Source: a virus
Taxonomy: Duplodnaviria > Heunggongvirae > Uroviricota > Caudoviricetes
Length of the DNA stretch: 64,000 bases
IMG/VR virus record: IMGVR_UViG_3300031992_004563
Coordinates: 1 to 64,000 of that record
Direction: 5' to 3' (one strand)
Shown: positions 58,564 to 64,000 of the stretch, one piece after another
Position numbering within the stretch: the stretch's first letter is position 1
How the letters are laid out: each line of letters starts with the position of its first letter
The notes under the pieces: model-generated
What the model was told of the DNA's origin: nothing
The model's database searches: none
What the model saw: the letters and a program-made list of their open reading frames with translations, nothing else
Translations under genes and position numbers: made by a program

Positions 58564-58582
58564 CTAATTAAAATTAAAAATT

Positions 58583-59278
58583 ATGAAACTATTTGAAAAC
58601 ATTAAACAACTTTATTCTAAGTATGATTTGTATATTGAACGTACATTTTGGCTTATAATTTTAGGTGTAATATTTGTATGTGCAATTATTGATATTAGTT
58701 ATAAAGTACAATATTCAAATAAAGAATCTAATAAATATAACCCATTATATGTGCAAACATGTATGTATACATTAAAATATGATGCAGCTAAATTAGAATT
58801 AGCTAATGAGGTTGATAAGTATATTAAAAATATTGCATCACAATCAGCATTAGATGGATATGTTATTGTTGAGGAATGTTTAAATAGCGGAATTGATATT
58901 TGTTTTGTATTAGCACAAGGAGAGCAAGAATCACATTTTGGAACTACAGGTTTAGCAAGACGAACAAATTCTGTATTTAATGTATATGCATTTGACGGCC
59001 AATCACATGATGAAATTTCAAACAAAGGCAAATACAAACACCCTAATTATTCTGTGGCACCATATATAGAATTATTAAAGAAAGATTATTTGGTGAATGG
59101 AAAGACTGAATATGACCTAATGGATGGACAATATGTTAATAAAGATGGAAAACGATATGCAAGTTCTGAAACATATGAAAAAGCATTATTGAGTAAATAT
59201 ACTAAAATTAGACAGGACACAAAAATTGATTCATTATGTCAAGAAACAAACAAATACAAACTTTTTCTTGGGATTTAA
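58583..59278 (+). CDS. Membrane-anchored glucosaminidase (GH73-like) peptidoglycan hydrolase
   Basis: N-terminal TM; LAQGEQESHFGT..NSVFNV..RYAS..Y. Confidence 0.7.
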   Translation: MKLFENIKQLYSKYDLYIERTFWLIILGVIFVCAIIDISYKVQYSNKESNKYNPLYVQTCMYTLKYDAAKLELANEVDKYIKNIASQSALDGYVIVEECLNSGIDICFVLAQGEQESHFGTTGLARRTNSVFNVYAFDGQSHDEISNKGKYKHPNYSVAPYIELLKKDYLVNGKTEYDLMDGQYVNKDGKRYASSETYEKALLSKYTKIRQDTKIDSLCQETNKYKLFLGI

Positions 59279-59374
59279 ATAAATAATAAAATTTCTTTAA
59301 TAAATAAAAAGAGCAAATAAACTTTTTTATACATTTGACTAAAATAAATAAATAGAAAAATAAATAAATTACAA

Positions 59375-59491
59375 ATGCTACAAAATTATAAGGAACATAT
59401 GAATACCATTATTCTTGGTGGAAATGAACAACGACCATCAACAGTGTCTTCATCTGCTGCCTATAATAATGATGCACGATATGTGAGGTAA
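59375..59491 (+). CDS. Leader peptide of putative attenuator 2 (MLQNYKEHMNTIILGGNEQRPSTVSSSAAYNNDARYVR)
   Basis: 38-aa uORF after AAAC-N17-TAAAAT, followed by antiterminator/terminator pair. Confidence 0.65.
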   Translation: MLQNYKEHMNTIILGGNEQRPSTVSSSAAYNNDARYVR

Positions 59492-59514
59492 AACCCAATG
59501 AAATAGAGATACAC

Positions 59515-59557
59515 TAAAGTTCCTTGGGTTGAAAAACTTAAGGAACTTTAAATTTTT
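59515..59557 (+). terminator. Attenuator terminator 2
   Basis: taaagttccttgggtt-gaaa-aacttaaggaacttta + aattttt. Confidence 0.75.
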
Positions 59558-59641
59558 ATAACTTCTATTTTTTAGATTAAATAAAAAGATATAATTTTGT
59601 ATCGTCAATTTCAAAAAGGCGTTCTTTAACAAATTGAAACA

Positions 59642-59745
59642 TGGTTGGTAGTTTATCCCGTAGATAAAACAATAAGCCTTTACCCAATAGCGCTATTAAG
59701 TAATGTAAGTCTTATAGAAGTCAGGTGCGAATCTGGCCCGACTGC
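59642..59745 (+). ncRNA. tRNA-like RNA with 34-nt expanded anticodon loop
   Basis: tggttgg/ccgactg acceptor, D-like arm, ataag/cttat stem, gtcag..ctggc T-like arm. Confidence 0.5.
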
Positions 59746-59970
59746 AAATAAAAAATATGAACAAAATTTAACTTCTATTTTTTAGATTAAAATAAAAGTA
59801 ATAATTTTGCATCACATTTGGAAAATAATGGTAATTTTTAAAAAAGATTATTTCATTATAAACTTTTTTGAAAAACCTTATATAAATTATAAATGCAACA
59901 GAGAAATCTGAAAACATTTTAAAAAGAGATCTTTGACGTATTGAGATTAGAAATTAAAAGAAAGAAATTT

Positions 59971-60850
59971 AATTGCCTAACTGAAATCCTGAAATATGGT
60001 TGCTAACCGTCAATTGTGGATCACACCACATAGTAATGGGAACCAGAGGGAAGGCAATACAATTATATAGCCAACATTCTTCCTGTGAAGGTTTTTTAGT
60101 TGGCAATTCGCCAACGCTTTGACGCAACAAGCGTTACCCTTAAGGGATTAGGAGTTGAGTCAATATTGTGAGGGAAAACACATAGAATTGACCCTATATG
60201 GGTTGATAAAACCTTTCTCGTTAAATTAGTCATTTGTACTATGATGCTTCGAGGACAATAAGAGAGATAGGTTGAGCAACCCTATCAAACCTTAGTTGAA
60301 ATAAACAACTATAAAAATATAAATCTTGGTAAAGTGGGTGAGCGTCTTGTAACTCAAGAAGAGAGCTCCTCTTAAACGGGTGGCGAGTGTCCAGAATAAC
60401 CAATCTCTGATATAGGCTTTACCAAATCTAATAGTTGAAAGAAACAACTTTAAAAACTGTATAATAGAAATATTATATTTTATCTACTTTTGTAGATGCG
60501 TAATGATATAATACATATTGTTACAAAGTTTATAAGTGTTAGGATTGGAAGTGTCCATACTTAATGAGTGGTTGCCCACCGGATCTATTAAGGCCCATCG
60601 GTAACAGATGGAAACTCAACTTAGTCGGATAAATGGAAAAAGAAACTTTAAGTTCAATTTTGTACGAGTATGACTGAAAAGGGATTGTGCAAAATATATT
60701 TACCTTTGGTGTAATAACACGCTTATAAATCATTTTTATTTTACCATAGTGTATGAAACTATCTCGGTATAGAATGCACGCCTCAAGTAGGAAGGCTGGT
60801 TAGAACAGCAGGTAAAATAACAAGTTTAAGGTTCCTGCTTATAAACCTTT
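59971..60850 (+). ncRNA. Large multi-domain structured RNA region (identity unknown)
   Basis: No credible ORF, raised GC, nested closing helices 59971/60108, 60326/60425, 60529/60729, 60736/60820. Confidence 0.55.
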
Positions 60851-60874
60851 GACAATCTGGAAAGACAGATGACT

Positions 60875-60946
60875 GGGAGATTAGTATATCGGTTATTACG
60901 CTGGCCTGTTAAGCCATGAAGCCTGGTTCGACTCCAGGATCTCCCG
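60875..60946 (+). tRNA. tRNA-Asn(GUU)
   Basis: gggagat/atctccc, tggc-ctgttaa-gcca, G73. Confidence 0.88.
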
Positions 60947-61131
60947 CAGGTCCTGGTTTCTTTAGTGGAGATAAAATTACATGGCGATTAAAAAGACGAA
61001 ACTCCACAAATTTTTAAGCTAATCAGCCTAGTCTGAAAAGTAAGGTCAGTGTTTAGTCATTGGTAAAACGTCAATTCGTACGCCTGAAATAAAGATACTT
61101 AGCTTAAGTTTTCCGGATAACACCGGAGGTA

Positions 61132-61204
61132 CATCTTCAAGCTTAGAAGAGACGAAGCACTGGATTTTACCAGTAGTAGCGAGGGGCGGTTCCTCGGAAG
61201 ATGG
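61132..61204 (+). ncRNA. tRNA-like RNA with 6-nt anticodon loop and non-canonical T-loop
   Basis: catcttc/gaagatg, gctt..aagc, actgg-atttta-ccagt, cgagg-ggcggtt-cctcg. Confidence 0.6.
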
Positions 61205-61586
61205 CAAAAATTCCAAAACTCTTGCTACAACAAGATGAGGTGGCGTTTATATAAACTATTTGTAATTGGTTGTAGACTTTTACAAACAAGTATATGTTCG
61301 AAAAATTGGAACATGGTGTAAGAGTGGTGAGCACGCTGGTTGTGAAGACCGGAGACTGGTGTGGTTCGATTCCCCCGCCCAAACTAAAATCCATAAGTTT
61401 AGTAGTATCTTATACGCGTTAAAAAACTACTCGGGTTTATAGCCCCAACCTGAATTTTAATATATTACTGATGGGGCATTTCAAACTGAGCGAGTAAACA
61501 CTGCAATGTTGAAACACTCTGGCGTTCATAATATATTAGTAAATCATTGCTTGCAGGTTTTGATCGAAAGTTGAATGTTCGTAAAA

Positions 61587-61704
61587 TGATAATGGTGTAA
61601 ATTGGACAGCACGCCCCATGGTGGGGAGGTAGAAGACCAAGGTTGGGCAGCCGTAAAACCGAAAGGGGAACCTGGTGGCAGTTGGTTCGAGTCCGCTTTA
61701 TCAA
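61587..61704 (+). ncRNA. tRNA-like RNA with collapsed anticodon loop and giant variable region
   Basis: tgataa/ttatca, gtgt..gcac D-arm, cccca-tgg-tgggg, gg-ttcgagt-cc. Confidence 0.55.
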
Positions 61705-61809
61705 CAACGTAGTTATATAGGACGCTATATAACGAACAGACTACATGGATGAAGGAAAGCCGCCTCCACAAGGAAGGAGAAACCAGGATCGAAACTGGGG
61801 GTAGTCCTA

Positions 61810-62320
61810 AATTTTCTCTAAGTCCAATTTTTTAGAGTGATAGCTTTGTATACCAAGCGAAGAAGGTGGGGTATTACGGATGTGAAGATTCCTTTGAGAA
61901 TAAATTCTTGCGCAAGGGTTTATTTGAAATGCATTCAAAAATTGTAGTGATAATGGACATCCAAAAACAATTAAAGAATCTTATTTTTGGCGGAGGCCAC
62001 TAATCCTCTTAGCCAGTGTATAAGTCCTATTACGTGAACGGAGACCCACATTAAACGACCTTTAATAGGCGGCATGTACAGTGAACGGTGAATCACTATA
62101 AAAACGCGTTGATGGTACACATTTAGAAAGAACCATACAAGGAACGATATTAGTGGTCAGGTCCCAAGAGAGATAAACACACTAGGCTCTCAATTTTATT
62201 AAAGGTTAAACACTGAGTGACGCTGGATGGCGTTCCTAAGGGTGTCGGGTAAGTGCATCAAAGGCTAAGCGAAGCATAACAGCCACATTTAAAGGGTGAT
62301 TAGCTAGTTCCCTCATTTTA
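61810..62320 (+). ncRNA. Large ornate RNA, ROOL-like candidate
   Basis: About 500 nt without ORF; long-range pairings 61995-62004/62149-62158 and 61841-61848/62259-62267. Confidence 0.45.
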
Positions 62321-62531
62321 TAATGATTTTATATTAATAATAAGTTTTTTGAGTAAAAACAAAAAGAAACTCAATTCTTTAATTACAATGTTAATTGAAG
62401 TCTTATCTTTACCACCGGAGGTTGTTATACCACGGGCTTATTTTAGAAATTAGAAAGTAAGAGTTTTAATTATGTTTTTTAAGGTTTCTTTTCCTAATTT
62501 TCTTTAACTGACTAAAGTAAAATTTGAAACC

Positions 62532-62612
62532 GCCTCAATGGGACAGTTGGTCGACTCCGCCACCCTTGTAATGTGGAATTATACATCGTCGGTTCGAATC
62601 CGGCTTGAGGCT
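62532..62612 (+). tRNA. tRNA-Thr(UGU) with long variable loop
   Basis: gcctcaa/ttgaggc, loop cttgtaa, gtcgg-ttcgaat-ccggc. Confidence 0.75.
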
Positions 62613-62677
62613 CAAAAGATTACAATTTTTTGTAATTGATTTGAAATAAATATAATATAAAAGAAATATTATTATTT

Positions 62678-63709
62678 ATGAGAATGAGAAATGGTTTAAG
62701 TGAAAGTGAAGCTGGAAAATTAGGAGCTATTGCTGCAAAAAAGATTTATGAAGAACGTAAATTAAAAGCAATTCAAATATATAATGAAAATCCTAATTTA
62801 TGTGCTTATTGCAATAACCCAATTCCATATATAAAACGTGGAAATAAATGTTGTTGTCAAAGTCATTCAGTTTCATATTCAAATTTACAAAGAACACCTG
62901 AACAAAATAAAAAGAAAGCATAGAGTATTAAAAAATATTATGAAAATAAATTAGTAATTAAAGATAATATACATGATCGTAAAGTATTTACAAAACCAGA
63001 AGATATCGAAAAACATAGAAAGATAAAATATTGTAAATATTGTGGTTGTGAAAAAGGTAAATGTATTGATGAATATGTATGTAAAAAACATCAAATATTT
63101 AAAACTTTAGAAAAATTTGGATTTGATAATTCAAAAATTGGAACAGTTGATATAGTAGATGAATATTATAAAATAAGAAATATAATTTTAGATTTTTATT
63201 TAAAAAATGGTTCAGATGAAACATTATTAAAAGATTAGTTTAATTATATTTCGGGTGGAGCAAATTTTCATAAAATATTAAAATCTTTAGATATTAATAG
63301 TAGAAATCAATCTGATGCTCAATAGTTTTCTATTGAGCATAATAGAAGAGATTTAATTCCAGTAGGAATACATTATAAATTTAAAGATGAATATCATATA
63401 ACATGGGATAATAGAGAAGTTTATTTACGATCAAGTTATGAAACTGATTTTGCAAATGAACTTGATAATAAACAAATTTATTATGAAGTAGAAACATTAA
63501 GAATAAAATATTTTGATACACAAAGGAATCAATTTAGATTAGCAGTTCCTGATTTTTATCTACCTGAAACAAATATGATAATTGAAATAAAATCTATATT
63601 TACTTTAGACATTCAAAATATGAAAGATAAAGTTAAAGCATATAAAGATTTAGGATATAATTTTAAATTAATTCTTGAACATCAAGAAGTTGATTTAAAT
63701 TCATTATAA
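62678..63709 (+). CDS. Free-standing homing-type PD-(D/E)xK endonuclease (TnsA-N-like) with Cys clusters; TAG-recoded
   Basis: CAYC, CKYCGC, LRSSYE..PDFYL..IEIKS; frame open to TAA 63707-63709. Confidence 0.75.
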
Positions 63710-63711
63710 AT

Positions 63712-63828
63712 AAGTGTAAAAGATATCGGTTCGAATCCGGCTCGCACGGAAGCAGAGAGTCAGACTTCCAAGTGATAGTTGGCCTGAAATTGGTCTTAGA
63801 ATATAATTGGCCTAAAACATTTACACTT
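63712..63828 (+). ncRNA. Circularly permuted tRNA-like RNA (YrlA/Y-RNA-like topology)
   Basis: aagtgtaaa/tttacactt closing stem; T-arm first, closed acceptor-like stem, D-like arm last. Confidence 0.5.
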
Positions 63829-63854
63829 TAAACTATAAAATCCAAATATGACTA

Positions 63855-63997
63855 GTTTGGTTGACACCATGAAAGAATGGTCCGCTATAGGGTGATGTAG
63901 TCGTTTGCAGACCCGTTAGTTTACCGTTAAAGATCCACGGGATGCATGGTTAATTGGTTTTACCGCAGGATGGAGATTAGTCACTTCAAAACCAAAC
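63855..63997 (+). ncRNA. raiA-motif-like RNA (minimal version)
   Basis: gtttggtt/aaccaaac closing stem and ordered motifs UGGUUGA, AGUCG, GAUCCACG, GCAUGGU, GCAGG, UCAAAACCA. Confidence 0.5.
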
Positions 63998-64000
63998 CTT

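Noticed and set aside
61132-61204. Ochre or amber suppressor tRNA
   Set aside because: Loop is 6 nt (AUUUUA), so no anticodon can be assigned; no CUA anticodon found in the window
61465-62180. Pistol-like (ctgagcgagtaaac) and twister-like (ggtcccaag) ribozyme fragments
   Set aside because: Only short motif matches; the required flanking helices and pseudoknots could not be built
62589-63742. 17-nt direct repeat tcggttcgaatccggct as att sites flanking the endonuclease
   Set aside because: Both copies are T-arms of tRNA-like structures and there is no integrase; shared T-arm sequence explains it

Overview
AT-rich segment of a large T4-like dsDNA phage genome with the hallmarks of a Lak-type megaphage of gut Bacteroidota (Prevotella-like host). 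TAG is read as Gln (code 15): many genes are broken only by TAG, and TAG aligns with CAA between two TnpB paralogs, so the supplied ORF track is fragmented and genes were re-called. 1-37 kb holds mostly late, TAG-containing genes: gp5-like baseplate protein, portal, small and large terminase, neck protein, putative internal head proteins with L/I-x-E motifs, glycosyltransferases, three TnpB-like genes, and eight paralogs sharing one N-terminal tag. 37.5-59 kb is mostly TAG-free early/middle genes (rmlD, DinG-like helicase, GNAT, NADAR/gp30.3, Thg1-like, phosphoesterases, glucosaminidase). Two RNA-gene arrays lie at 46.0-48.3 kb and 59.6-64 kb. The most striking observation is that each array is preceded by an unannotated leader peptide with terminator/antiterminator, i.e. 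a classical ribosome-dependent attenuator. In array 1, 21 of 30 leader codons are those read by the downstream tRNAs, down to the isoacceptor (AGY-Ser, CUY-Leu), suggesting the phage senses tRNA depletion and induces its own replacement tRNAs. The arrays also contain a tRNA with a tRNA-like element nested in its anticodon loop, several reshaped tRNA mimics, and candidate raiA-like, ROOL-like and YrlA-like structured RNAs. All calls are by eye, without database searches.
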